From Macrostomum lignano (Eukaryota), in contig NIVC01001658.1 in the NCBI GenBank assembly GCA_002269645.1, forward strand, positions 1-64,000: a stretch of 64,000 nucleotides of DNA, given 5' to 3'. The position numbers and the translations under genes are program-made. How positions within the stretch are numbered: the stretch's first letter is position 1; each line of letters begins with the position of its first letter. The notes below the pieces were generated by a model that did not search any database, had not been told where the DNA came from, and worked only from the letters and a program-made list of their open reading frames with translations. Shown in pieces: positions 1 to 21,709 of this stretch.

Positions 1-1603
1 ATTTTATGTATGATCGTAAAATCCATGATAAACAGGAATAGGATTTATTACTACGATTACAAAATACGAGTATATGAAATTAGATTATTTCGAGTTAGCT
101 TGAAATCGTTTATATAAAGTGATATCGTTAAAGCCATCGCGATTCAACGAAGTTATAATTTATTATGGACCTCAGAAGCAGTCAAATAGTAATTTCCTAT
201 TTGAAAGAAAGCATAAATTTATCAACAGTCGCTTCATACTGGATGCAAGTATATAGTTAATGAATTTGGAAGCACTTTTGGTTTGAGAAGGAGAATAGCG
301 TCTAGAAATGCAATACAGTGGCTTCGTGTGTTGCTCATTACTTTACTTGCTAAAGGGAGAAAGAAGCAATGGTCATTGAAACCTGAGTCCCTATGAAGTG
401 GCAAGTTTGCAGGCTTTCATAGCAATTCTTTAGCAGTCTGTGTTTCATCGCACCCAACAACTAAGCTTTGATTTTGTCCCCTGTTGCTTTGTCGTTGATT
501 TCTTATAGCCCTCTATTAGATGCATTGACCAAGAGAACTGCAATGGTTTAATTATACCATTGAATTTAATTAAGATGTTTCTGAACTGAATTCATATAAT
601 CATTAGGTTTATTAATGTTATGCCTAATACTGTGTAACAATTGGGTTTGAAATGGACTGTCAATCATTCGTATAGTAGCACTGTCAATCACTGACCGCAC
701 TACCTAGTTAGGAACATGTAAACGCAACAGTGACTCACCTTAATTATGCAAGCCTTGCGTCAGAATATCGATAATAATGTAGAAGTGTCGTGACATCTTT
801 GCGATACCGTGAAAGATATCTGAAATGAATCAAGCGATATACACATTCAACGTAAAAAACAGATAAGAAGACATAATTGCTTTCCTTCCTCCATCACCTT
901 CTTGCAGTCAGATGGCCTTTGATATGCTAATAAGCCAAAAAGTACAACTTAATATGCCAAGAAGCTATATAAAAACAACGGGGAAAACGTAAAAACTAAC
1001 ATATCATGGCATCCATGGGATTTATTTTCATCCATGGGATTTTTCCCAATTAGTTTGTTTATGGGGAAACCTACGACAAATGTGCGTTCCTCACCTTCCT
1101 TGTACTTCAGTTGTTTATATGTGTGATGTCTTTTGAAGTTTTACGAAACACAAACTGAACATCACGGATATCTTTGAGACCTATAACAAGATGCATGCAT
1201 TAAGGTTTCCTTGAAAAAAGGAGTCAAAAGGACATCAAGCTCTTTTAAGCATCTTAAAGCCCCGCAGCCGCTATATTTAAACAAAAAATAATCTACAAGT
1301 TGTACATAAGTTGCAGGAATAATCTACCGCAAAAATACGCGACACTACAAACGGCATGCTATTCTGTACGTTTACTTGAATATAAGCCTTTCATTTCTCA
1401 TTAACTTTAGTTCTTAAATTCGATAAAGCAGTATAAATATTAAAAGGGAATAGTTCACACCTCTTGTTGAAGGTATCACTTCCAGTAACCAAAAAACACA
1501 AAAACTTTGACACTTCTAACTGACTTCGAAAGACAAGTAGGCCGTAACTAATAACACCTAGGCTAGATACGCTCGTGACGTACATGCAATAACTTTGACA
1601 TTT

Positions 1604-2728
1604 TCAAGACAACGGAAATCCCTGCACGTCAACCAGCTCCTGAGCGAATTCCAGCTGTTGCAGCAGAGCTTCCACATCCTGACACGCAGACAGAGAAGCA
1701 GCCGCCTTCTCTAGCAGCGCCATCCAGTACAGCTGGTACTCATTCTCCTTGGAAGAGCACTTGTGCAGTAGGTCGGCCGACAGGGCGCCCGGTCTCAGTC
1801 CGACCGCCGCCATCGCCTGCTTGGACCGTTTGCCCGACGAGTACAGCCGCTTGCTGAGGTCGATTCGTCGAACCGAGTCAGTGAGCCGACGCAGGTGACG
1901 AATAACGGCGAGTTTTTGCATGGCCAGGGCCGGCTCCTCAGTCTGCTGTAGGTCGCGCATTCGTTGGCTGAGACTTTTGAAACAATTGACCATCACGAAC
2001 TGCTTGCTGACCTCCCACTGCTTGGCCAAGCCTTTGCCAGCAGCTGTTTCGGCTTTGGCGGCGGTGAAGGCGCTGGCTCCGCCGGTCAGAATGGCTTCGG
2101 CAGTATCCTCCTGGGACTGGGACGCCGACTTGCTGCTGCCCTGCAAACCCTGCTGAATGGCTGCATCAATGTGAGGCTGCTGGTGCTGGCTGTGGCCCTT
2201 CCGGCGCCGAGACCTGCAGGCCAGGGCAGCGGTGGATGTCGCCGGCTGCTGGTGATGCGCGCTCTTGGCGCAGAACATCAGCATCTGGTCGATGAGTGAC
2301 GAGTGCGGAGCCAGAGAAGTTGAATTGGCGTCGCCTAAGCCAGTCTGAGCGTCTTCTTCGTCAGCCACCGAGAAGGTATTCGTGTTGACGTCCTCGTTGG
2401 TGTCCTTAATGATATTACCGTCGGCCGATTGCAGGGGGTTCTTTTCGGCAGTGTGTTCAATGACGTCTCCGCCGGCCACTGCGCCGCCCTGATGGCGTCG
2501 TCGATGAGACGAGGAGCCGTGCCGCTGGGCCCGGCAGGCGTCGCGCTGATGATGCTGATGGTGGTGATGATGATGATGCTTCGAGTGATGCACCGACGAT
2601 CTTCTCGTAGCGTTGTCGCCAATGGAGTTGGAGCAGGATTGCTCGGGCTGCTGCTGATGGTGCTTTTGATGCCGATGCTGGCGCGAGCGACCAGGCTGTA
2701 CCTGCTGCGAATCAATTGATCTGATCAT
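1604..2728 (-). CDS. Intronless ~374-aa protein: His/Gln-rich low-complexity N-terminus, C-terminal ~100 aa resembling a death domain (candidate adaptor)
   Basis: Open frame from ATG 2728 (the ORF-track start at 2734 is TTG) to stop 1604. TATATAAA lies ~56 nt upstream on the minus strand. The C-terminus LSKRLYSS..KQAMAAVGL..ADLLHKCSSKENEYQLYWMALL..VEALLQQLE aligns by eye with the death-like domain of the neighbouring gene (LARRLCNS..RPVLENLGI..LELLQRQYTNPADLLHQGLLNL..LAETLKRFG). Confidence 0.65.
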   Translation of the reverse strand: MIRSIDSQQVQPGRSRQHRHQKHHQQQPEQSCSNSIGDNATRRSSVHHSKHHHHHHHQHHQRDACRAQRHGSSSHRRRHQGGAVAGGDVIEHTAEKNPLQSADGNIIKDTNEDVNTNTFSVADEEDAQTGLGDANSTSLAPHSSLIDQMLMFCAKSAHHQQPATSTAALACRSRRRKGHSQHQQPHIDAAIQQGLQGSSKSASQSQEDTAEAILTGGASAFTAAKAETAAGKGLAKQWEVSKQFVMVNCFKSLSQRMRDLQQTEEPALAMQKLAVIRHLRRLTDSVRRIDLSKRLYSSGKRSKQAMAAVGLRPGALSADLLHKCSSKENEYQLYWMALLEKAAASLSACQDVEALLQQLEFAQELVDVQGFPLS

Positions 2729-2783
2729 TTTCAAAGTCTTCAGTTTTTTCCTGATTTGAAAAGCGCTGCAGCGGAGCAGGCAA

Positions 2784-2791
2784 TTTATATA
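2784..2791 (-). promoter_or_regulatory. TATA box candidate for the 1604-2728 gene
   Basis: tttatata on + reads TATATAAA on -, 56 nt upstream of ATG 2728. Confidence 0.5.
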
Positions 2792-3269
2792 AGAGATCGT
2801 TTTATTTAGTGCACATTCATGGTAGCTTGAAATACGATTTTTGCCATAGAGTGCTGCATCGACATGTAAATTTAATAAATGAAATTACGCCCCTGACCTG
2901 CTGCAAGGGAGCACTAATTCTTGTACGAGCTAAGTTGCTGTTTGTCTTTGTTATGCTGTTAGGTACATGTACGTACATCAACATGCATGTACTGGTAAAA
3001 TAGGCCCACAGCTGATTGCATAAGTTGCTACTGACGCTTCGTTGAGTGTTGACGGACTGCTTGATTAGCACATACATCATGATACATGTACGTGTTTTTT
3101 AAGACCCTCGTGACTCGTACTTTATAATTGCATATTTGCATTGAATTTTTGTTTCATTACCTGATACATGCACATTGCACATTATATATACATGTAAATA
3201 AACTGCAGTCACTGCCGGTCTTTTTTGGGAGGCAGTCCTAAAGAAGGGGGCCTCTACCAGCGACCATCC

Positions 3270-4335
3270 GTGCCGTTATCGCGGCTTGCAAGACCTGCCA
3301 ATGCGCCAGTGTTGATCGTCTTCGTGGACTTCCGTAACGCGTTTGAATCGGTGCCCAGGCTTGCAGTCGCGTGGTTGCTGTCCTACTACGGCGTTCCCCC
3401 CTGCACTGCTAGCTGCAGTGATGGACCTGTACACTGACTCCATGAAGCGTTTGTCCAGACGAGCGATGGCCCCACCGAGGAGTTCGGCACAACCTCCGGC
3501 GTCCTGCGGGGGCGACACGCTGGCTCCCCGGCCTGCTTTTCAGCATGGTCGTGGACTATGTGCAGCGCCGCTCTCTTCAAGAAGACGACTGCAGCTACCT
3601 GCTGGTCCCACAACAAAGCTCCCGCGACATCCTGTTGTTCCGCTGCCGGCCTGCTCTTGTATATGACGATGACATTGCGCTCCTCTGTCGCGATCCAGCT
3701 GCATGCACACCAACGCGCTCTTTCCCGGCTCTGTGAGGAGGGCGCACGGGTGGGGCTGGTGGTCAACAAGCGCAAGACAGAGCTGTGATGCACACGTGAG
3801 CACTGACACCGCCCGGCACTTTCGCTGCCCAACGGAGACGCCATGCCATGTCCGAGGACTTCGGTACCTCTGGTCGCTATAGCAACGAGTCCGAAATCGA
3901 TCGTCTCCGACAGGAGGAATCAGGCGTGGCGCGGGGTGCACCTGCTCAGGAACGTCTTCAACTCTACTGCGAGGGATGGCCTGAAGGTGCGCCTCTTCGC
4001 GCGGCTGTCGAGCCTATCCTCTTGTACGGCATGGAAGCGGGGGTCCCTGCTGCGCTACGCCCTGGGCGCGTGCACTATCCCGAGAAGTTGCCGCGTCGAG
4101 ACCTGATGGCCGCGCGCCGGCGTTCCAGACCTGAGCGTTATCCTGCGCCGGCCGCGCCGCCAGATGCTGCTGGGCCACTGCCTTACGAAGTCACGGCCGC
4201 GGCGACCAAGTCCCGTTGGCGCTGGTCCTCCTGCAACAGCCGACGGAGCGGAAGCGCCATGCATGGCCAAGGGCGAACTGTGACGCTAACTGATTGTTTT
4301 GTGGCTGACTTGCAGGCGCTGCTGGGTCTGCTCAA
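3270..4335 (+). mobile_element. Degenerate non-LTR retrotransposon (RTE-like) reverse transcriptase fragment
   Basis: RT motifs are spread over shifting frames: LIVFVDFRNAFESV, GDTLAP, YDDDIALL (YADD-like), VGLVVNKRKTEL, RAAVEPILLYGME. Multiple frameshifts. Confidence 0.85.
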
Positions 4336-6422
4336 AATCCACTCAACCCTGTAAGATATCGAAAATGACCTGCAAATAATCGAAATTTCTAAAAATAAGC
4401 CAAATATAGTACAAATATTTTATCCCGTAGGTACTTAAAACATGAAATCTTCACAGAAAAATTTTGATTGTAGAAGTCAGCAGTTATCTCGCGCGCGGGA
4501 AATGAATTGCTTCTTTTCGTAAGCATTTATATAGTAGCTAAAAATAGTTCCGCCCCTCAAGTCTCGATTCAGTGCATCAGTCGTTAAAGAAGTGATTTTA
4601 TAACTAGTGATCGTTTTTAAAAAAAATTTATTACATATTTGCAATTAAAATAATTAAAATCCGGAGGCGCCATTCTAATGAATTAGTTACAGAGCACCAG
4701 GTGCTAATGCAGCCCCTGAAGAGTTTATGAATTCTGTTGGTCTACAGTAGATTTCTTGCAAACAAGCCTTTGAAAGCTGCTTCTACAGTACGTTAAGCTA
4801 AATTTATAATCCATACAAGGACGCTGCACAGGTAAATTGTGCCAACCTTCTAATTTAGCTATCCATGACCGTGGCGTATCATGATAAAACTTATTAAATC
4901 GAAAACAAAACCTTTATTTAACTATATTTATCACATTTAACATGGTTTCTTTCATTATTTATAGAAACTATGGAAACATATCGCAGTATATTTGGCACAT
5001 GAAGTGCTTTAGTTAAAATTTCCCTTAAAATCAATTAATCAATCAATTAATACGAGTAAAATGTACTTAACGGTGAATAAAAGACACAGTTCATTTTCAT
5101 CACCAAAACCCACCGTATAAGGTGTTAACTATTAAACAAAGGGTTACAGCGCGTGTACGTTTTTAGTTCGACAGAGCAAAATATAGTAACATTTTTCATA
5201 TCGTATTTTAAGAATCTTTGTTAGCAGTAGTGAGTAGCGAAAAGCAAAGCATCTTTTTAAGCAAAGAGGCAAATTTTTAAATTAGAAAAAATCGTTTGAT
5301 TATGTTGATTACATTGTTGGGTGCTTCTATAATTACTCTAAGGGCCCTAAAGTCGTATTCGAGGCGTGCTAGAAGAGTCTAAGAAAGAAAGACCATCTGT
5401 AAGAGTTTAAGTTAGAGCTGTAATACTTCGCAATTATAAAAACTCTATTTAGTCTACTTTAGTCAGTAGAAAGTTAAGCGCTAACACAACGACTTTTGGA
5501 CGACTTTTTTGCGATTCTTACCAGTGAGCTGCTCAATTTCATACTCAACTGACAATGTTAATGTTTTCTCTAAACTGTACTAGCCATCTACAATAAAAAA
5601 TTGCTAATTTTTAGGGGGAGGGTGGATATATTCAGTCTTCTCATTGGTTCAAAAACTACTCATTAAAAATCTAAGTTTAAAAATCGGTCTTAATATTTTG
5701 CATTTACTCTACTGTTTTTGTATTCAAATTCTTAGTCATATTATGTATTTTTCAGATCCTTTTGTACACCATTTATTGTGAATGTGTTTTTCAATTTAAT
5801 TTGACCTAATTCTAACTCATTAATTTCAATTAGCAATGGTAGTCACTTATTAAAAAAATGTTCCATTTTTTGGGGGGAGTGTCGCGACTTTCCTAGTCAT
5901 TTCTTTAGTTCACCTTCACTTGTCTCTGTTTACTCTGTTTTCGCTCTCTCTGTCTAGCTCAATCTTGTTATTCTTATCTCTCTCTCCCTTGCTGCCTTCT
6001 GATTGGCTCCCCATTCTCGCCTCTATCTTCAGTCGCGCACTTCACCCCTCTCCTTATTATCTGGAGTCAACCCCCCTCTAAATTAGTCATATAAATATAC
6101 TTGTTTGGGCCCTGCGCCCACTTACTGGCTGGCTTATCTTAGATTCAATTTAACTCTAATTTAGTGCTAGCTTTTTTAGTCTTAGTCATTTTAGTCATTA
6201 GCAATTACTCTTTAGCGGGCACCGAAAACCTAGGAGTTGGGCAACCCCATTCTCCCACGGAACTGTTGATCGTTGCAGGTTTATTAGCAAAACTGATTTC
6301 ACTTACGGTGAGAGCACAAAAACCGGGAAGGTGTTTTATAAAAAATCTAAATTCCAAACAGAAACTACACGATGTAATTAAAAAAACACTAACAGCTGGT
6401 GTCAAATCAATCAATCAATCAA

Positions 6423-14958
<8,536 letters not shown>

Positions 14959-16589
14959 CGGCGGTAAAAGTTTTCTTATACTGAAAAGAGGAAAAGCACA
15001 ATTAACGAAATTACGAGCTCGCAGTATTCCCGACTAGGAATCACACAGCTAAGGCCATTTTCTAATTTTAGATCATAAACTGATCACATTTCGGAGAATT
15101 TAAAGCCAATAATAAAGGCAAAAACAAGTTACGTCGTAACAGCCTCTAGCACTAGGAAAGATTCGGAACTTTTTCAGAGTTTTTAACAACAGCTGAACAT
15201 ATCTGCAATTCTAGAACATATGTACAAACAAATAATCATGCAAATGAAGATAGTATTTAAAAAAATATTAGTAATGTATATTACTAATAACTCTTAATGA
15301 AACTCGTATATTTCTGCTCAAAATGGCATATGAATGAAGCAACAGTTTGTTATTCAAGCGCTACTATAAAAAATCGTAAACAACATCAAATCAAGAAATA
15401 ATTGCAAATATTAAAAAACAGCCACACTACACCTCAGCTGATGCTGGGTTATGACAATTTTACAAGTAAATATTACAACAGAAACGTGACATATGTTTAA
15501 TTTTATATTTTATATCTGGAGGGACAAGGTAATTCTTGGAATTTAAACATATTCTTTCAAACACATTTAAATTACGAGTATTAGAAAACAATAAGCACAT
15601 TTCACGATAAAGCTGTTCGATTAACCCGATTGAACTAAACAAAACCAGAGATTTCAAAGTGACTTAATTAAAACTCCTGTTATTAGTAATCGTGCAGGGT
15701 CTCTCTAGGATCATATTCGTCGGCCTCGTAGTCGCAAGCGTTACGAGGATAATAGTTGAAATCGTCGTCAAAATAATTAGTTAAATGAATATGAATTTCG
15801 TTAAAGAAGTCTTCATGAGATCTCTGGGCCGAAGGCATCGAATCAAATGCTATTTTCTTAGCTACTGCACTTGCAGTAGTACTGATGGCACCAACACGGC
15901 TAGAAGAGGACACAACTTCTAATGCATTAGCACCAGCCGCTTCAACACGATTGTCAGAGGCATCACTAGCTGACATCTGTTGCATAGATGAATGTTCAAC
16001 TTCAGCACTGTCAGCATGCAGTAGGTCTTGCACAAACATTCTCTCTGCTTCCATTCTCAAATTATCGCAGTCTCTCCAACAGTCGCAAATTGTATCGAAA
16101 TCTGCCCGCTTCTCTGGCTCTTGATGCGCGGTCAACCTGACAACCTGCTTGACTGTTGATTGCAACTGTTCCAATTCTTCGTCTTTATCTGTAGCAACAT
16201 CGAAACACTTTTTATCTAATAAATCTTCAAACGCTTTCAAATGGCGACCTTCTTTAACCATTGCAGTGTACTTGTCCACTTCTTGACCAACTAGCCGTTG
16301 AATCGACTGTCGCGAGAAAGCTTCAACAACGCAGATGCCGTACAGATACCGGTCAGAATAAGCATCCGGTTGGCGTAACAAATCGTCGTATTTTTCTGGT
16401 ACTCGACGTTCAATTGTTCGGCGTTGTTCCAGCTCAAGGGACTGCTGTGTCGCGATGGAGTCTGCGATGTTTTTAGCCAGACCGAAATCAGCAATCTGCA
16501 ATAAAGCAAAATTTATAACAGCTACTGTTCTGTAGTGACTAACTTGAAAGAGATTATATTTACCCATATTACATTGTCCCATGCTGTAC

Positions 16590-17595
16590 GCTCATTATAC
16601 AACGCTCAACTCAACGCTAAAGCTTCCCTACGATCTAGACCAGACCTCTTCACTCCACTTCACTTCCTTCTGACCGACCTTCCGTGTCCGCCGTCAAGCC
16701 TGCACATCCCGCAGTATGCTGATTACATCTCAATCTGTGCGCGCGGACCGTCTGTCATCAAACTTCCTGAGCTCATCCAACCGTACCTTGACTAGCTCTA
16801 ATACCTTTATCTCGAAAACAAAAGACTTCCGCTTTCACCGGGAAAATCTACCGCAACTATGTTCGCTAGCACCACACACGAATTTCGTGTAGCTTGCCTG
16901 CACCAAACCGAAGATCCTGGGCGTCACGTTTGACCCCCTTTTCCGGTTTCATGAGAATGCCAAAATTGCTCCATCCAATTTGCTCCATCCTTCATGCCCT
17001 GTGCAGCACTCACTGGAGGACAATTAAGATACAGAGACTCTCAATGTTACCTTCAAACCAATTTGCAGGTCGCAAATAAACTACTGCGCTCCAGTCTGGT
17101 CACCCCTGCTCAGCGAGACCAGCTGGAATCTACTCCAGCGCTGCCAAAAAACACTGCCCTGTGGAATATCACCGGGTGTCAAAGTTGCACTCGAATTGAG
17201 CACCTACACTCAGAATGCGCCGTTCTCCCTGTCAAAGCGCATTTTGAGCTCCTTGGGTCTCAGTACTGGGCCTGCTGCTCGACCCCCTGGCATCCCAATC
17301 ATCAGCTTTTCCGCGACCCCCAAGCCACAGCGCTCGATCTGCTGCAATCGCCGTTAATTCTGCTTCGCCATTTCCGATCGCATCGGTTACCATCTCGCGC
17401 CCATCTCTGATTTCGCATCTCTTCGCATAGCCCACTCGGCCATCCATACCGCAATCGTCCGCGAGTATCTCATCAAGCAGCCGCCCAACCCGGTTCTTGG
17501 GTCGCGACCGCCTACTATCAACTGCTCCGAGCGCCTCCTTAGCCGTCGTCAGCGCACCACCCTCGCTTAGCTACACTCCGGTCACTGTAAAGTTT
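16590..17595 (+). mobile_element. Degenerate 5'-truncated LINE (I/Jockey-group-like RT 3' part) in the last intron of the single-kinase gene, antisense to the host
   Basis: Translations include TDLPCPPSSLHIPQYADYISI (QYADD-like), IQPYLD, ITGCQSCTRIEHLHSECAVLPVKAHFELLGSQY and TLA*LHSGHC, all typical of the RT/post-RT region of non-LTR elements. Stops and frameshifts are present. Confidence 0.7.
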
Positions 17596-17859
17596 GATAA
17601 TTACCTTTATGTCCAAAGCCTCGGTGACGAGAATATTGTCCAGAGCCAGATCCAGGTGAAGCAACGACCCAGACTCTCTCGTCTGCAGATAATGGAACCC
17701 ATCGGCTACTTGAAGCATCCACTTAGCAGTGAGAAACGGAAACACTTTGTATTCCTCAGACTGAAATCAAACAGTTTAATGACAGTTACAACCCATTCTT
17801 TAACACAATATTCTAAAACTCGTGATTTTTTTCAATCGCTGAGTATATCCCAACAGTTT

Positions 17860-18145
17860 GGATCCCTCCAGACTCGATTCCAAGCACAGTCACATTACTC
17901 GTAATTTGGGGCTAAATTGGAGTCCCGGCTTGGCTCTGTTCGTGCAACTGACGTCCAGCTTGAGTGCCAACTACCAAAACACAGTGAAGTGAAATAACTA
18001 ACGACAAATAAAGTGAGGGCTGCTGTACAATCCTGGGTGTGTGTCTGCTCCGGGGAGTCGGTGGAATGGGCAGTATTTCCTCTCGCCGGTTGTGACAATG
18101 TCGCTCAAAGTGCGCCAGGGGGAAACAGCCCCCTGCCTCCAAAAC
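17860..18145 (+). mobile_element. Degenerate copy of the tRNA-derived SINE family
   Basis: Colinear similarity with 47939-48295 (ctcgattccaag..cagtcacatta..ttggggct..ggggagtcgg..gaatgggcagta..aaagtgcgccaggg..ccccctgcctc). Confidence 0.8.
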
Positions 18146-20355
18146 CCTCAGCATATGCTCATATTTTACCCTACAGAGATAATATTCAATGAAATCAACT
18201 CCAAAACTTACAATGTTCTCAATTCGGTTAATGAATTGCCGTAGACTTCCATGCTCGCAGTGCTCCATAACATAGCCACAGAATATACCCTCCTTGATAA
18301 ACAGGCAAAGCACTTTAACAAATTCGTCTCGCTACTGGCTCAACTTGTGCATGGCTTGAACTTCTCGCATTAATCGCTTATTAACCCTACAATGTAGACA
18401 ATTTATAGCCAATTTTATTTTGAAGAACTGCTTAAGCAAACACAATAATAAAGCCTACAAATTTTTATTCACCAGTTCATACTGATGCCTTTTATGCTGT
18501 CTTTTACTGGCGATAGCAGCTCTTTTAACACTAGCTTAGCCTGCGACTCATCAGATTTAAGTGAGCAAAGCTGGCACTTAGCAAATGCACCTTGGCCTGA
18601 AATATTTGTTGCACAGACAAAACACTTTTTAGGAAAATACTAACTGCATTGAATGGATGTCAAATGTTCAACAAAATATAGTTCAAGATACAAACATACC
18701 AAGGTATCCATCCTCATATAGAACAATATCCTGCTCTGTGACATTGTCTAAGAGATTTTTTGAACTCATGGTCTAATAGGCTGAAAATATAGATAATCAA
18801 TACACAGTTTAAATTTAAATTCATAGCAAATTCACTATTCCACCAGCAAAATATAGTAATAAAATATAATAATGAATAATAAACAAAAAACTTTATAATA
18901 TCTTTAAACTAAAAACCAATAATTAAAATTCCCAAATCATTACTATAACTAGAAGCAATGAATGAGAACAAAACAATTTTTTTTATTTCTAATTCTAGTA
19001 TTGTCTTATACAACCCATTTTTAGGCTTTATCAATTCTATGGAATATTAGATTTTGGTTAAAAATAGTTCTATTTATATCAATTTTAGACTGATACAAAC
19101 TTTTTATACCAAGTAGGACAATATCTTTTTGGCTTCTAAATGTTATGCAAGAAATTAGACATAGACATAAACATTTAAATAAATAAAGTTAAAGTGCAAA
19201 TGTTTTTGATAATTTAAGCTATTATCTTTTATATAATTGTAAATGTGCTCAATTTGAGTTCACATGCACTTCTATTATTTTTTATTATTTTCTCTTTCTT
19301 TCTCTGTGTCAAACCCCACCCATGCATATAGTATTTCGTGAAATTTCTTTTCGTTTTTGATTGGCTGTAAATGTGTGAAGAATGAACCCTAACCAATGGA
19401 GTGCTTAGTGCCTACCTTGTCAAAGAAATCTGATTGGTTAGGTTTTCTAAGCTGCATCTTTCAAACTTCCTCCCCTCTGCACAGTCAAGTCTATAAATTC
19501 AAGCAATCTGGCAGGCTAATAAATCAAGCCTTCTATAGTTGGCGAGAATTTGAACTCCAGAATATGCGGCTACATAATTATAAAATATTTGCAAAATAAT
19601 TGTTAAACTATAATTATACTAATAGTTAAATATAAGACTTTATGCTATGTACAACTGACCAGGTCTTAAAAACTTTAATATACTCACAAATTCCAGGGTC
19701 TAGATTGTATACTAATATATACTAGAACAAAAATCCTATCTTAACTAAATACATGTTAGTATATACCAAAAAAAGGAAATTTTTTAATAAAAGTACACAC
19801 CAAAATTTCTCACAAAAAGGCTATTATCATTTAAAAAACATATAATGGCCTAAAAATATTGATGCATAATTAGTTTTGACTAATAATTTTTTTTCATAAT
19901 TAGGTATAAATCTTAAGTCTTAGGGAGATATAGTACAACTAAGATAGATGCTAGCTATAATGGAATTATATTGCATTAGGCATTAAGCATTAATCATTCC
20001 CTTTGGGTTTGGTTTTAGTTTTTATTGTAGCCTGAGCTATAGATATTTATTTACTAAATAATGCAAATAGCCTTATTTAAAGCACAAAATAAACTCCTTA
20101 TTGCAAATTTATCCTATTTTTGCATTGCATTATACCACTATCAATGGTTTCTTGATAAATCGGAAGTGATAGATTTGATAGTTGTAATGTAATGATAGGG
20201 AATAAATTGGCACAAATACTGAAAAAAGTTTGTTACTATGGGTAAGGGTAATTAGTTTAAAATCTATCATTGTATCATTATTTATGAATATAATTGATTA
20301 AACATAATAATTAATATAAAAATAGTGCTATTAGGTTGCTAATTAATGGTAGAGA

Positions 20356-20357
<2 letters not shown>

Positions 20358-20388
<31 letters not shown>
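20358..20388. repeat. (GA)n microsatellite
   Basis: Direct observation. Confidence 0.85.
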
Positions 20389-20392
<4 letters not shown>

Positions 20393-21709
20393 GATATAAT
20401 GGAGATTCAATATTGTGGCCATCTTGGTCTTACACCGATTTAAGAGCCAACTAAGCGAAAGTTTAAACTGAAAAGCAATTAAATTTAATTATTTTACTAA
20501 TCGTTTTAACTAGTAACGTGCAAGATTTATGAAATGAGCAAAAAAAGAAATTGCTCTTTTAGAGGCGATGCCGAAACAATGTTTAGATCATATTATTAGT
20601 GTATGTTAGTTCCTTGTAGCTGAAGCGAATCCACGAATCTAGAAAAAGAAGACTTTCGAAGAAAAAAATTGTACTTGAATTAATTTCCGCAGAAGAAATA
20701 AAAAAACACAACACGTATGCATCAAATACTTAGCCACGTACACGTACTTTTTAAATAGTTTACAAAAACAGATTTTAAATTAATATTAATTATTTGCCGT
20801 TTTTATCCAGCATAAGATTTTGATTTAATGAGTTAATTTATTCCGTTCATTAACAAAACAAAAATTCACTAATTTCGGGTAACGACTACTCAATGTACTA
20901 GTTATCGCCGAAAGCAATCAATTAGTGACAAAGCAAACATTCAAGCGTACATAAAAATGATCTCAAGAAGTTGTCCTTGGGGATGATAAATTAAACTTTT
21001 GAATGAACTATAATTTTACATGCACATTGTAGTGTAGACGCTGCATGCAAAATCGAAAAGTCGCCATCACAGAAGATTCCGTCTGTGATTTCCACTTTTA
21101 GAGTGTACAGGTAGTCTTTTAATCTTTTGCGAGTGACACAACTTGTGCGAAAATGCGGTGTGCGAGGGGTTGGACGGATTAAATTTTGCTACCCCCGATC
21201 AGTTTTCTCGTATATTATATATTAGAATAGTCCAACAGAAATTGCTCACTAGCGCATAGAGTGGCGACTTTTCAATGTTGCTGAGAGTATATGTATTTTA
21301 CCGGCGGCTTGGCCCGCGGCCTCTTTCATATCAGACGTTGATCTTCTCATACCCAACGCTATCTCACTCGCAGTTAGTCGACGTAAATGGCATTCCGTGT
21401 GGTCCCCATCTGACGCTGTGTTCATCCCAGCTAGTGGACTTCAGTCATCAAGCCATAATGTCATTTAGTCAGCCAATTTTCTCCAAACACAACAGTTCTA
21501 CATCATCAGCTAGGCGCATGCAGCAGCAACCTTCTGGTTGTTTTAATCACTGGTGAATTTTCTACAGTCACCGGGGCAACTAATTGGTACCTTGATTGGT
21601 AGGTAGATGCCACGGCTGAAGGTCCTTTTACACCGCGTCAATTTGTACATAGTGGAAATTTGTGTGAAAGCCAAATACCATTGGACTTTTATCAATTTTT
21701 ACTTGCACC

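Larger units (their letters stand above)
15683..18769 (-). pseudogene. Single-kinase paralog of the tandem-kinase gene (445 codons, 5 exons) with one in-frame TAG; acidic Tyr-rich C-tail, no death domain
   Basis: Exons on -: 18769-18700, 18596-18473, 18386-18212, 17760-17605, 16495-15683, with the same phases as the kinase halves of the neighbour. Motifs GQGAFA / LVLK / HLDLALDN / DFG. Premature TAG at 18334-18332 (MHKLSQ*RDEF versus LNDLRQEREQF in kinase 1). It could be a null allele or a sequencing error rather than a fixed pseudogene. Confidence 0.75.

Noticed and set aside
15683-15900. Splicing of the single kinase into the tandem kinase to give a triple-kinase protein
   Set aside because: There is no convincing donor in the tail, and the intervening candidate exon (15202-15133) has a stop in the required frame.
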